NCBI GenBank assembly: GCA_963703225.1
Contig: OY969801.1
Span: forward strand, 512,001 to 576,000
DNA length: 64,000 bases
DNA from: Candidatus Eiseniibacteriota bacterium
Lineage (GTDB): Bacteria; Eisenbacteria; RBG-16-71-46; SZUA-252
Direction of reading: 5' to 3'
Every line of letters begins with the position of its first letter. Within the stretch, counting starts at the first letter, position 1. Of the stretch, positions 1-9,176 are shown in pieces. Position numbers and translations under genes: made by a program. The notes below the pieces were generated by a model. That model searched no databases, was not told the DNA's origin, and worked only from the letters and a program-made list of their open reading frames with translations.

Positions 1-1618
1 CCTCTCCTTTGTCGGTAAACTTCACCGCGTTCCCAAGCAAGTTCAGCATCACCTGCCGCATCCGGGACGGATCGAGGGCCACGTGAAGGGGCTCCATCGG
101 CAAGTCCACCAAGAGGTTGAGGCCCTTCTTGGTCGCGATGGGTCCCACCGCCTCCACCGCGCCCTGGATGGCCGGCCGGAGGTCCCCCGGCATGAGGTGG
201 AGCTCGAACCGTCCGGCGGCGACCTTGGCCAAGTCGAGCAGGTCGTTGATCACCCCCAATAGGTGCTGCGCGGCCTCGCGGATGGATCGCGCGAAATCTC
301 GCCCCTCTTCCACGGTGCTCTGCGCGCTGCTCTCGAGGAGCGTCGCGAACCCGATCACCGCGTTGAGGGGGGTCCTGAGCTCATGTGAGACGTTCGCCAG
401 GTATTCGTTCTGAAGCCGCTGCGCTTCCTCCAACCCTCGATTGGCGCGCTGGAGGGCTTCGTTCAGATGCGCCAGTTCCTCGCCCCGCCGCTTCTGCTCC
501 TGTTCCAGCTCGCGGCGCTCGGTGACATCCCGGCCCACCAAGACCATCGCCGAGAGCGCGCCGCCGCGATCGGTGGCGGGGGAAAGGCGTACCTCCGCGG
601 GGAAGCGGGATCCATCGCCGCGCAGAAACCAGATGACGCCGGCGTACTCCCCGGTCGACCGCGCCAGATCGAAGAGCGCGCTGTCCGCGGGCGCTGGCTG
701 ATCGAGGATGGCCAGCTGATCCAGCCGGCCCCCGATGAGAGCGCCGGGAGGGGTGCCGAGGGCCGCCTCGGCGGCGGCATTCGCGTGGGTGATCTCCCCG
801 GACAGATCGAGGCCGAGGAGGATCTCCCCCGTGCTCATCATGAACGACGCGAGGATTTGATCCCGCCGCTCCAAGCGCAATCGCTTGAGCCCCGAGGAGA
901 GCTGCGCCGCGATCCAGCGCAGCAGCGTGCCGCGCTCGGATCCGAGCGCGGCGCCGCTCGGAAGAAAGCACTGGAGCACCGCGGGGAGGTCGCCCTGGTC
1001 CCCGACCGGGATCGAGACCACGACGGGGCTCGGGCCCAACCCCTCCGTCCGCTGGGGAAACTGCCAATCCGGGACCGACCCGGAGCCCTGAGCGGTCTGG
1101 ACTTCGCCGAGCCACGCCGCGCGGCTTGCCGGCGAGCGGGCTTCGGGCCCCACGGCGTCGGGCCTCAATTCGATGGCTGCCCCTTCCGGCAGCCCCCTCA
1201 GGGCCGCGAGCGCGAACTCTCCTCGACCGTCCCGCTGAAGGTAGATCGCCCAATGAGGGATTCCCGTCCCCTGGGCGATCGCTTCGAGAGCCTGGCGGAT
1301 CAGCTCATCCTCGCGGTCGGCGCGCGCCAGCGTTTCCCCGACCCGGTAGATGCTGAGCTGAGCCTGGAGCGAGTGGCGACGCTCGATTTCACTCCTGCGC
1401 CCGCGAAAGCGATGGTGGGCGAGAAGCGCGAAGAGAGGCGTCGCCGCGGCGCCAACCCAGGGTGCGCCCGCCCACCAGGCGACGGCCGTGGTCGAGAGCG
1501 CGAGGAGAAGCGCGACGGCCACGGCGTCGAGCGCGGCGCCTCGGACGAGGCCGGCGCGGTCGGCAGCGAGCGTCACCGGCTGCTCCTGGACTGCCGCCTT
1601 GGGCTTCAAAGGGTTCAC
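1..1618 (-). CDS. Membrane-anchored GAF-PAS sensor histidine kinase (3' end runs off the window)
   Basis: Not in the ORF track because it has no stop in the window. My translation from GTG at 1618 gives two N-terminal hydrophobic segments, a GAF-like region, PAS (GEILLGLDLSGEITHANAAA), H-box LANVSHELRTPLNAVIGFA and N-box QVMLNLLGNAVKFT. Confidence 0.9.
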   Translation of the reverse strand, partial: MNPLKPKAAVQEQPVTLAADRAGLVRGAALDAVAVALLLALSTTAVAWWAGAPWVGAAATPLFALLAHHRFRGRRSEIERRHSLQAQLSIYRVGETLARADREDELIRQALEAIAQGTGIPHWAIYLQRDGRGEFALAALRGLPEGAAIELRPDAVGPEARSPASRAAWLGEVQTAQGSGSVPDWQFPQRTEGLGPSPVVVSIPVGDQGDLPAVLQCFLPSGAALGSERGTLLRWIAAQLSSGLKRLRLERRDQILASFMMSTGEILLGLDLSGEITHANAAAEAALGTPPGALIGGRLDQLAILDQPAPADSALFDLARSTGEYAGVIWFLRGDGSRFPAEVRLSPATDRGGALSAMVLVGRDVTERRELEQEQKRRGEELAHLNEALQRANRGLEEAQRLQNEYLANVSHELRTPLNAVIGFATLLESSAQSTVEEGRDFARSIREAAQHLLGVINDLLDLAKVAAGRFELHLMPGDLRPAIQGAVEAVGPIATKKGLNLLVDLPMEPLHVALDPSRMRQVMLNLLGNAVKFTDKGE

Positions 1619-1761
1619 GGCCAAGACCCCCCGCTGACAACGTGGGACAGATTGGCCGGAATATCGGCACACTGGAGTTGGAACTGGAGTCCGGCGGGAT
1701 GGTTTTTGAAAGCAGAGCTTCCCGGTAGCGTTCGAAACCACAAGGAATTATCATCTCGACC

Positions 1762-3003
1762 GTGCGACTGTACCGCCTCTTCCCGGCCGTCCCGTTCCTG
1801 ATCTTCGCAACAGCGAATTTGGGATGCTCCAACAAGGCCGCGACGATCACCGGGAACGAGCGCCTGGCCCGCGGCCCGGCGGGACTGGGGACCACCGTCA
1901 GCGTCCTGAGTTACCTGAACCGCGACACCTACGCGACGGCGGGCACCACGAATTTCGGAGCGGCCCTGTTGGTGGGACAGTCGGGATCGTTCGACGCCAG
2001 GTCTCTCTTCGCGGTTCGGACGTGGAGGCTTCCAGACGAGAGCCGGCCTGGATTCTCACCCGTCGCCGTCGTCTTCGTGCTCCCGCAGCGGCAGATATTG
2101 GGAGCAACCGGCTTCCTCTCCGCCGCGCTCTCTCTCACGGCCGGACCTTGGGACCCGACGGTCACTTGGCCGGGCCCCGCCGTGGGGACCGCGCTCGGGA
2201 GCACCAGCTACGACTTCATCGGCCCTCTTCGGGTCAATTTAGGTCCGAGCGGATATAGCCTCGTTCAGCAGTGGGCCGCCGATACGTCGCAGGCCCCCGG
2301 GTTCACGCTCGTTCCGACGTCGGCGGGCACCGTTGGCAGCTTCCAGGCAGGGGGCGCCGTGTTCCGCATCTACTACCACTACACGGGCACGGACAGCACC
2401 GAGACCGACAGCGTTGACACAAACGTCTCACGAGATACCTACATTCACGCCCCGTTGACCCCGCCGCAGACGGGCTCCGAAACCGCGCTCATCTTCGGCG
2501 GCGGGTACGAGTGCGCGCTGGCCCTTCGCGCGCCCGTGCCTCAGATCCCCGAAGGGAGCTCGGTCAACGAGCTTCGACTGGTCCTCCCGGTGACCGGTAC
2601 GGCGCCTGCGGGCAATGGCGCTGCCATGCCCGACACCGTACTTTTGGACTTGGACATCTTCCGGATTCGAGGGGCCTGGGTGGAGGGGGTTACCGACCAG
2701 GCGGGCCTCACGCTTGACGCGTTTCCGGTTTCACGTCTGCTTCTCTCCTACCTGGCCGCACAGGACACGGCGCTTTCGATCGCGCTGCCCCGCGTGTTGA
2801 CTCGGGAGTGGGGTGCCGACTCCACGAACAACGAAGGGATCCTCATCAAGATTCGAAGCCTGACCGTCCGCCCCGCTCCCACCGTGAACCGGCTCGTGCA
2901 GACTCAGGCGGAGAGCCCTGCATTCCTGATCGGATCGCGAGAGTCCTCTCGTCCCCCCCTTCTGCGGGTTAGCACGACATCGCCGCCGCCAGGGCGCTTT
3001 TGA
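1762..3003 (+). CDS. Lipoprotein with two related beta-rich (DNRLRE-like) domains, function unknown
   Basis: Lipobox ANLG-C. Two repeats open with RDTY (RDTYATAGTTNFG, RDTYIHAP), and W..DSTNNEGILIK lies near the C-terminus. Confidence 0.7.
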   Translation: MRLYRLFPAVPFLIFATANLGCSNKAATITGNERLARGPAGLGTTVSVLSYLNRDTYATAGTTNFGAALLVGQSGSFDARSLFAVRTWRLPDESRPGFSPVAVVFVLPQRQILGATGFLSAALSLTAGPWDPTVTWPGPAVGTALGSTSYDFIGPLRVNLGPSGYSLVQQWAADTSQAPGFTLVPTSAGTVGSFQAGGAVFRIYYHYTGTDSTETDSVDTNVSRDTYIHAPLTPPQTGSETALIFGGGYECALALRAPVPQIPEGSSVNELRLVLPVTGTAPAGNGAAMPDTVLLDLDIFRIRGAWVEGVTDQAGLTLDAFPVSRLLLSYLAAQDTALSIALPRVLTREWGADSTNNEGILIKIRSLTVRPAPTVNRLVQTQAESPAFLIGSRESSRPPLLRVSTTSPPPGRF

Positions 3004-3016
3004 CGTCGGAGCGCTC

Positions 3017-4258
3017 TTGATCCGGCATCGACGCGGAAAACCGTCTCGGGCGCTGGCCGCCGGGGTCGCGTTCAGCGCGCTGATCGCAGCGATGCTCGCC
3101 TTGGCCCCGCGCGCGCTCGCGGGCTCGGTCTTTTCCGTGGGTGGTCTGGGCGAGCCGTCGCTGGCGGAGAGCGCGCGCCTCAGGGCTCTCGGAGGCGCCG
3201 GCGCCGCGGAATGGGGCCCGAGCAGCTACTCGATGGTGAACCCGGCTTCGATCGCGGAGGCGCGGTACCTCTCACTCGAGGCGACCATGCTCGCCACCCG
3301 ACGGAGCATCTCCACCCTGAGCTACGGAAGCGAGTCGGCCTACGAGACCTCCTTCCCATCCGTCCGTCTCGTCGTCCATCTGCCCCAGAACATCGCGATC
3401 GGCGGGAGCTACCTCGCGGGCACGAGCGGCGAATTCGAGATCGACCGCCCCGAGAGCGCGGGGACTGCCTCGTTCCTCCACATCGATGGAACCGGTGGGA
3501 TCAGCTACGCGCGCGCCACGCTCGCCAAGCGGATCTCCAGGAAACTCCGCGCTGGGGTCGACTACGAGGTGGTCGGCGGGAGCTACCGGGAAGAGTGGAT
3601 CCGCTCGTTTCGGACGACGACGCTCGCGCAATCAAGGGATACGCTGGAGACGAGCTGGGACCGGTTGGGGCGGTGGCGGTTTGGACTCCAATACGGGCGG
3701 GAGCGTTTCTCACTCGGCGCGGTGTACGAAACCGCACGGCGGATTCCCATGACGTCCACGCAGCAAACGGCTGGCTCCGAGGTCAAGACGTCGGGCACGC
3801 TCACGATCCCCGAGGGTTTCGTGGCCGGCTTCAGCGCTTCGCTCGGCGGGCGGACCCGATTCGTGGGGCAATATCAGCGGAGGAACTGGAACAACGAGTC
3901 GCTCGTGAGCGACCTCGTCGATTTCAGGGCCGAGGAGCGCTACTCGGTGGGATTCGAGAAGCAGCCCCTGGGCGTGGGCAGTCTTCTCAACCAGATGCCG
4001 ATCCGCCTAGGGGCGACGTACCTCTGCTGGCCCGACCTCCTGCCGCGCGCCGGAGCCGTCGATGTCACTGGCGGAACACCCCATCTCGACGAATGGGCGG
4101 TGTCGTTCGGGACCGGCGTTCGAACTCCCGACCATGGCGGCACCGTCGACCTGAGCCTGGAGGGAGGCAGACGCGGCGATGAAACCGAGCTCGGCGCGCG
4201 CGAGACCTTCTTTCGCGCCGCGATCTCGGTCAAGGTGAGCGACGAGACCTGGCGGTAG
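3017..4258 (+). CDS. Outer-membrane beta-barrel protein (FadL/TodX-like)
   Basis: Signal peptide, N-terminal GLGEP...RALGGAG...NPAS motif, alternating amphipathic strands and a C-terminal Trp (ETWR). Confidence 0.7.
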   Translation: MIRHRRGKPSRALAAGVAFSALIAAMLALAPRALAGSVFSVGGLGEPSLAESARLRALGGAGAAEWGPSSYSMVNPASIAEARYLSLEATMLATRRSISTLSYGSESAYETSFPSVRLVVHLPQNIAIGGSYLAGTSGEFEIDRPESAGTASFLHIDGTGGISYARATLAKRISRKLRAGVDYEVVGGSYREEWIRSFRTTTLAQSRDTLETSWDRLGRWRFGLQYGRERFSLGAVYETARRIPMTSTQQTAGSEVKTSGTLTIPEGFVAGFSASLGGRTRFVGQYQRRNWNNESLVSDLVDFRAEERYSVGFEKQPLGVGSLLNQMPIRLGATYLCWPDLLPRAGAVDVTGGTPHLDEWAVSFGTGVRTPDHGGTVDLSLEGGRRGDETELGARETFFRAAISVKVSDETWR

Positions 4259-4259
4259 G

Positions 4260-6275
4260 CTACGCCCCGGAGATAACCCCCTGCGTCGCCGTCTCCATCC
4301 GTGATTCAACGCGCCGCTCCGCGCGAGGCTGGGCGGGGGCCCCGCACCGGTCGCAACGGCCGAGCGTCCTGATCCGATCCACGTAATCGACAACCGTGGC
4401 GACAAGCCACGCGTGGGCGGAAAGCGAGGGCGTCACCGAGGTCGTCTCGCCCCGATACGGATGGAGCTGCTCCGGCAGGAGGCTAGAGCCCTCGGACCGC
4501 GCCGCGCACCAGAGGAGAATCGTCCGCGCCGGATCGAGATCCTGCGCCTTCTGCGCGGTCCGGATCGAGTGCTGCGCCAGCCACAGCGTGGCGGCGATCC
4601 ACGGGTTTCCCGGTACCTCCGCCAGGTCGGTGCCCACGGAGCCGAGCGGGTCCCGCTCGTAGCGAGCGATTCCGCCGACCCCGGTCCGCACCCAGAGCGT
4701 GCTGCGGATCTCGGCCACCGTTGCGCGCACCTTGGCGTCCTCCGCCTCGAGGCCGTCGAGGAGCCCCAGCCAGAGGAGCGACGCGTCGAGCGAGGGGTCG
4801 GGGCGGAGCGTGCGGCCTTCCGGAATCAGGGAGCGCGCGAACCGGCCCCACTCGGGCCGGTAGAGCTCGCGGAGGAGCGCGCGGCCGACCTGATCGGCCA
4901 CCGCGTTCCACGTCCGGGCCCGCGCTCCGTCTCCGAAAGACTTCGCCACGCGCGCCGCGACCATGAGGCCGGCGCGGACGATCGCGGCGGTCGAGGCGTG
5001 GAAACCGGCCCGCTCGCCCCACAGATCGTGCGCGGCGGGAAGCTCCCGCGTGGGATCGATCGACCCGACCAGCCGATCGGCCCCCGGGACGAGGAGGTCC
5101 CGATAGAGGGGCGCCGCATGCTCCACGTCCCGCTCTCGCTCGAAATGCCGCGCCAGGGCCCAGAGCGGAAGCGCCAGCGCATCGAGGTCGGGCGACGTCT
5201 CCACGGGGGCACCTTCGGGGTCCACGACCGGGTGGAGCACTCCCCCCTCCGCGACACTCTTTGCCGCGAACTCGAGATAGCGCCGCGTGGCTGAGTGATA
5301 GCCCGCGCGGCCCAGCGCATCGGCGGCCATGGCGGCGTCCCGATGCCAGCACCAGCGGTAGTCGATGCGGGACGGCGCGCCGGGGGATTCCTCGACGCCC
5401 GAGAGAATCGCTCCGCTCGGGGTCTGATGGAGTCGTAGAAGGACCAAGCTTCGGCGATAGAGCGCCGACACGTCCTCGGGGAGGTCGAAGAGGTCGCGCG
5501 ACCCCTGCGCGAGCCAGGCGCTCCAGTGCGCCCGGGTGCGCGCGAGCGAGGAGGCGATTCCGACTCGGCGAAACGTCTCGTCGCGGTCTCTCGCCTCGGT
5601 CATGGTGGCCCCGGTCGAGAGCCAGACGGTCACCATGCCCGCCGCGCCCGGCGCCAACGCGAGAGGCGCCCCCGCGAGGGAGTCGACGCGCCCCCGCGCT
5701 TCGAGCGGTCCGTTCGCCTGGCCACCGTGCGCCAGCGCCTGAGCGCCGGGTGCCTCATCGGAGCCGCGGGAGGCGACCCTCCAGTAGGGGACGCCCGTGC
5801 CCTCCGCCGTCTCCATGTTGATGATCACAAAGCGTCGCGCGGCGTGGTGGACGATTCCGCCCGTGGTCGGCTCGCGGAATGCCGCTTCGTGCGGCTCGCC
5901 GAGGCCCATCCTCAGGTCGTGGTGGAAGAGGACGCGGAGATCGCGGAATTTCGCGGATCGGTTCGTGACCTGGACGCGGCGAGCGAGGACTCCGCTGGAA
6001 ACGTCGACGTAGGTCTCGACCCACAGCTCCAGCATGAGGCGCGCCGAAACAAACGAGAAATCGACGATCGGCGCGTCGCCGCCTTCGCCGAGCCGACCTT
6101 CGAAATCTCCCGGGAGCCAGTGAACCTCCCCGTCGACCGAGAGGCCGATCGGGGCCGGACGACGGAGGAGCTGGTGTTCGGGGGCCACGGAGGGCGCGTA
6201 GAACTCGCGCAGGGTGCCGCGACGATCTCCGGTCGCGAGGATCGATCCGTTTCCGACGACGTAGGCGCGCGCCAG
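4260..6275 (-). CDS. Glycoside hydrolase family 15 (glucoamylase-like), catalytic acid apparently substituted
   Basis: VGNG N-terminus, YRWCWHRD, DLWGE, LDASLL, GGIARYERD, GNPW and LPEQ. Start placed at CTG 6275, 5 nt after AAGGAGG; the ORF track starts at 6320. Confidence 0.85.
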   Translation of the reverse strand: MARAYVVGNGSILATGDRRGTLREFYAPSVAPEHQLLRRPAPIGLSVDGEVHWLPGDFEGRLGEGGDAPIVDFSFVSARLMLELWVETYVDVSSGVLARRVQVTNRSAKFRDLRVLFHHDLRMGLGEPHEAAFREPTTGGIVHHAARRFVIINMETAEGTGVPYWRVASRGSDEAPGAQALAHGGQANGPLEARGRVDSLAGAPLALAPGAAGMVTVWLSTGATMTEARDRDETFRRVGIASSLARTRAHWSAWLAQGSRDLFDLPEDVSALYRRSLVLLRLHQTPSGAILSGVEESPGAPSRIDYRWCWHRDAAMAADALGRAGYHSATRRYLEFAAKSVAEGGVLHPVVDPEGAPVETSPDLDALALPLWALARHFERERDVEHAAPLYRDLLVPGADRLVGSIDPTRELPAAHDLWGERAGFHASTAAIVRAGLMVAARVAKSFGDGARARTWNAVADQVGRALLRELYRPEWGRFARSLIPEGRTLRPDPSLDASLLWLGLLDGLEAEDAKVRATVAEIRSTLWVRTGVGGIARYERDPLGSVGTDLAEVPGNPWIAATLWLAQHSIRTAQKAQDLDPARTILLWCAARSEGSSLLPEQLHPYRGETTSVTPSLSAHAWLVATVVDYVDRIRTLGRCDRCGAPAQPRAERRVESRMETATQGVISGA

Positions 6276-6403
6276 TGGTGCCTCCTTGCCCCGACGAGTT
6301 GCGGCGACCCGCGGGCGCAACCTAACAGAGCGGCTCGCGCGCGGTCAACACTCGCGAGTTAGGCGTTGACACTCGTGCGCGCGATCTCAATCATCTCGCG
6401 GCG

Positions 6404-7882
6404 ATGACCCTTCCATCCGGGCCCGGATTGCTTCCGCCGGACCTCCTCCTCCCGCTCCACCTCCTCCTCTGGGTCCTGCTGGCCGCCTACGGCCTCCATC
6501 GGCTCCACCTGATCCGGCTCTACCGCCGGCGGAAGGGCCCGGAGAACCCGCCGGCCCCTCCGGTCGAGTGGCCACGGGTCACGATCCAGCTTCCGATCCG
6601 CGACGAGCGGTACGTCGTCGAGCGGCTGCTCGACGCGGCGGCCTCCGTGGACTACCCCCGCGATCGAGTGGAGGTCCAATTGCTGGACGATTCATGCGAC
6701 GAGACCACGGCGGTCGCGGCCAGGGCCGTCGCGGCACTCAAGGCCCGCGGCGTGGACGTGGTCCACATCCGGCGAGCCGACCGCCGCGGCTACAAGGCGG
6801 GGGCGCTCCAGTACGGGTTGGAGCGGGCGCGGGGCGAGATCTTGGCGGTCTTCGACGCCGACTTCGTGCCACCACCTTCCATCTTGCGGCTCCTGGTGCC
6901 CTACTTCCAGGAGCGGCGGGTCGGCGTGGTGCAGGCACGGTGGGCCCACCTGAACCGGGAGTACTCGGCGCTCGCGAGGGCGCAGGCGATCTCCCTCGAC
7001 AGCCATTTCTTGATCGAGCATTCGGCGCGAATGAGCGGCGGACGATTCCTGAATTTCAACGGCACCGCCGGCCTGCTCCGCAAGGCCTGCGTCGTCGACG
7101 CCGGGGGATGGCAGGCCGACACCTTGACCGAAGATCTCGATCTGAGCTACAGGGCGCAGCTCCGGGGCTGGCGGTTTGTCTTCGCGCCGCACGTCGCTTG
7201 CCCTGGGGAGCTCCCGGTCGAGATGAACGCGTTCAAGGCGCAGCAGCACCGTTGGGTCAAGGGATCGATCCAGGTCGCGAAGAAGCTCTTGCCCCGGATC
7301 TGGCGCTCGCGCTGGCCGGCGTCGGTGAAGTGGGAAGCCACCTTTCATCTGACGAACAACCTCGCCTACGTGCTCCTCCTCCTCCTTTCGATCATCCTCT
7401 ACCCGGTGGTGCTCGCGCGATACGAGAGCAAGAGCATCGTCTATACGATCGCCGACCTCGCCCTCCTCGTCGCGGCGACGGTCCCGGTCCTCGCCTATTT
7501 CACCTACGCCCAGCGCGAGTCGCGCCCCGATTGGAGGGGACAAATCCGGCACATTCCATTCGTTCTATCGCTGGGGATCGGCCTGGCGGTGAACAACACG
7601 CGGGCTGTTCTGGAGGGGTTGCTGGGTCCGCGCGGCTCGTTCGACCGAACGCCCAAATTCCAGATCGAGCGCCGGGACGACCGGTGGTGGGGGAAGCGCT
7701 ATCGCGCCCCGGTCAATCCTTGGGTGCTGCTTGAGCTGGGCCTGGCGGCGTATTTCATCTTCGCCATCGTCTCCCTGGCCAAGGCCAAGCTCTACGCGCC
7801 GCTTCCCTTCTTTGGCCTCTACCTATTTGGCTACCTGTACGTCGGGCTCCTCTCCCTCGCCCACGCCGCGCGGCGTTCTTGA
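6404..7882 (+). CDS. Cellulose synthase-like GT2 glycosyltransferase
   Basis: QLLDDS, GYKAGAL, FDADF, TEDLD and QQHRW (the D,D,D,QxxRW signature) plus TM helices. Confidence 0.92.
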   Translation: MTLPSGPGLLPPDLLLPLHLLLWVLLAAYGLHRLHLIRLYRRRKGPENPPAPPVEWPRVTIQLPIRDERYVVERLLDAAASVDYPRDRVEVQLLDDSCDETTAVAARAVAALKARGVDVVHIRRADRRGYKAGALQYGLERARGEILAVFDADFVPPPSILRLLVPYFQERRVGVVQARWAHLNREYSALARAQAISLDSHFLIEHSARMSGGRFLNFNGTAGLLRKACVVDAGGWQADTLTEDLDLSYRAQLRGWRFVFAPHVACPGELPVEMNAFKAQQHRWVKGSIQVAKKLLPRIWRSRWPASVKWEATFHLTNNLAYVLLLLLSIILYPVVLARYESKSIVYTIADLALLVAATVPVLAYFTYAQRESRPDWRGQIRHIPFVLSLGIGLAVNNTRAVLEGLLGPRGSFDRTPKFQIERRDDRWWGKRYRAPVNPWVLLELGLAAYFIFAIVSLAKAKLYAPLPFFGLYLFGYLYVGLLSLAHAARRS

Positions 7883-9150
7883 TCCACCCGGCGCCCTCGG
7901 ATCCATCCGGCGACCAGCGCGACCGCCGCGAGCCCGCCGTACTCGACCAGGGGAATCCAGTTGGGGAGGCCCCAGCGTCCGGTGGCGTGATACGCGGGCA
8001 GGGGCAGATAGGAAAGGGCGACGAGCCCCGAAAACGTGATCAGCGCCGGGCTGGGGTAGAGTGGGAGCAGGGCGGCCACCGGGACCAAGTACCAGGGGAA
8101 GACCGTGGGGCTCGCGAGGAGGTACGCCGTGAGGAGGGCTATCGCGGCGCCCGCGGCGGTTCTCGCGCGCACGGAGATCCAGAGCGCGGCCACCGCGAGC
8201 GCGGCGGCGAGCGCCGCGCGGGCCGTCGCGTCGGCGGCACCGAAGGCTCGGAGAATCTTGTAGAGCGACCCGTTGAATTCCCACTGTCCCAGATAGGTCG
8301 CCAGGCCGGTCCAGAGCGAGCGGCCGGCGCTCCAAAAGGGGAGGAGCAAGAAGAGCGAAACCGCCGCCGCGATCGCGAGGAGCCCCACCGCGCGTCGGCG
8401 GACCAGGAAGGGGACCAGCAGAAGCGGGGTATACTTCGTCATCACGGCCAACGCGTACGCCGCGCCCGCGGAGAAAGTCCGCTTCGCCTCGAGCATCGCG
8501 AGCGCCAGGACGAGAAAGGCGGCCATCCAGAGGTCGAGATGGCCGCTCGCGTAGGACTCGATGAGGACGACCGGGTTCCATGCGAAGAGGAGCAGCCGCT
8601 CCTCCGGGAATCCGCGCCGCCGCAGCAGATAGACGAGCGCGACCCAGAGCACGATTTCCAGACCCAGCGTCGCGAGCCTGAAGGCCCTCGGGCTCAGCTC
8701 CGTCCGGGCGATCGCCCCGAACAGAAGCTGCGCGGCGGGCGGATAGATCGTGGGCACGTCGAAATGGTTGAGCCGCGCCAAGAGCTCATCGTGAAACGGG
8801 GCCAGCGTCGAGTCGGCGGGAGCGTGAAGGTAGGGATTCACGCCATGGGCGACCAGGCGCCCGTCCCATAGGTAGCGGTAGATGTCCTCCGAGAGCGTCG
8901 GCTCGGCTGGAATGAGCAGCGCCCGCGCGACCACGGCCACCGCGATCACCATCCAGAGCGGCCATCGCGGCCGGGGGGCCAAAGGGGGACGCGTCACGAC
9001 CCAAGCGGAGGTCACGTAGACCGCGTGGGCGACCGCCCAGAGGGCGAGCAGCGCGCCCATGCGGAGTCGGAGGTCCCCCAGCCGAGGGATCGGCGCGAGG
9101 GCCGCGAGGAGCAGAATTCCGAGGAGAAGGAGAATCCGGTGTCGGCTCAC
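7831..9150 (-). CDS. Polytopic GT-C (GT87/DUF2029-like) glycosyltransferase
   Basis: LSEDIYRYLWDG, NPY, TIYPP, AWNP, SGHLD and VFPWY with many TM helices. Start placed at GTG 9150. Overlaps the GT2 gene tail-to-tail by 52 bp. Confidence 0.85.
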   Translation of the reverse strand: MSRHRILLLLGILLLAALAPIPRLGDLRLRMGALLALWAVAHAVYVTSAWVVTRPPLAPRPRWPLWMVIAVAVVARALLIPAEPTLSEDIYRYLWDGRLVAHGVNPYLHAPADSTLAPFHDELLARLNHFDVPTIYPPAAQLLFGAIARTELSPRAFRLATLGLEIVLWVALVYLLRRRGFPEERLLLFAWNPVVLIESYASGHLDLWMAAFLVLALAMLEAKRTFSAGAAYALAVMTKYTPLLLVPFLVRRRAVGLLAIAAAVSLFLLLPFWSAGRSLWTGLATYLGQWEFNGSLYKILRAFGAADATARAALAAALAVAALWISVRARTAAGAAIALLTAYLLASPTVFPWYLVPVAALLPLYPSPALITFSGLVALSYLPLPAYHATGRWGLPNWIPLVEYGGLAAVALVAGWIRGRRVDQERRAAWARERSPTYR

Positions 9151-9176
9151 ATGACGCGCGAAGTTCGTAGGGGGCG

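Noticed and set aside
467..1801. 444-aa plus-strand ORF
   Set aside because: Shadow of the minus-strand histidine kinase, which carries clear H and N boxes.
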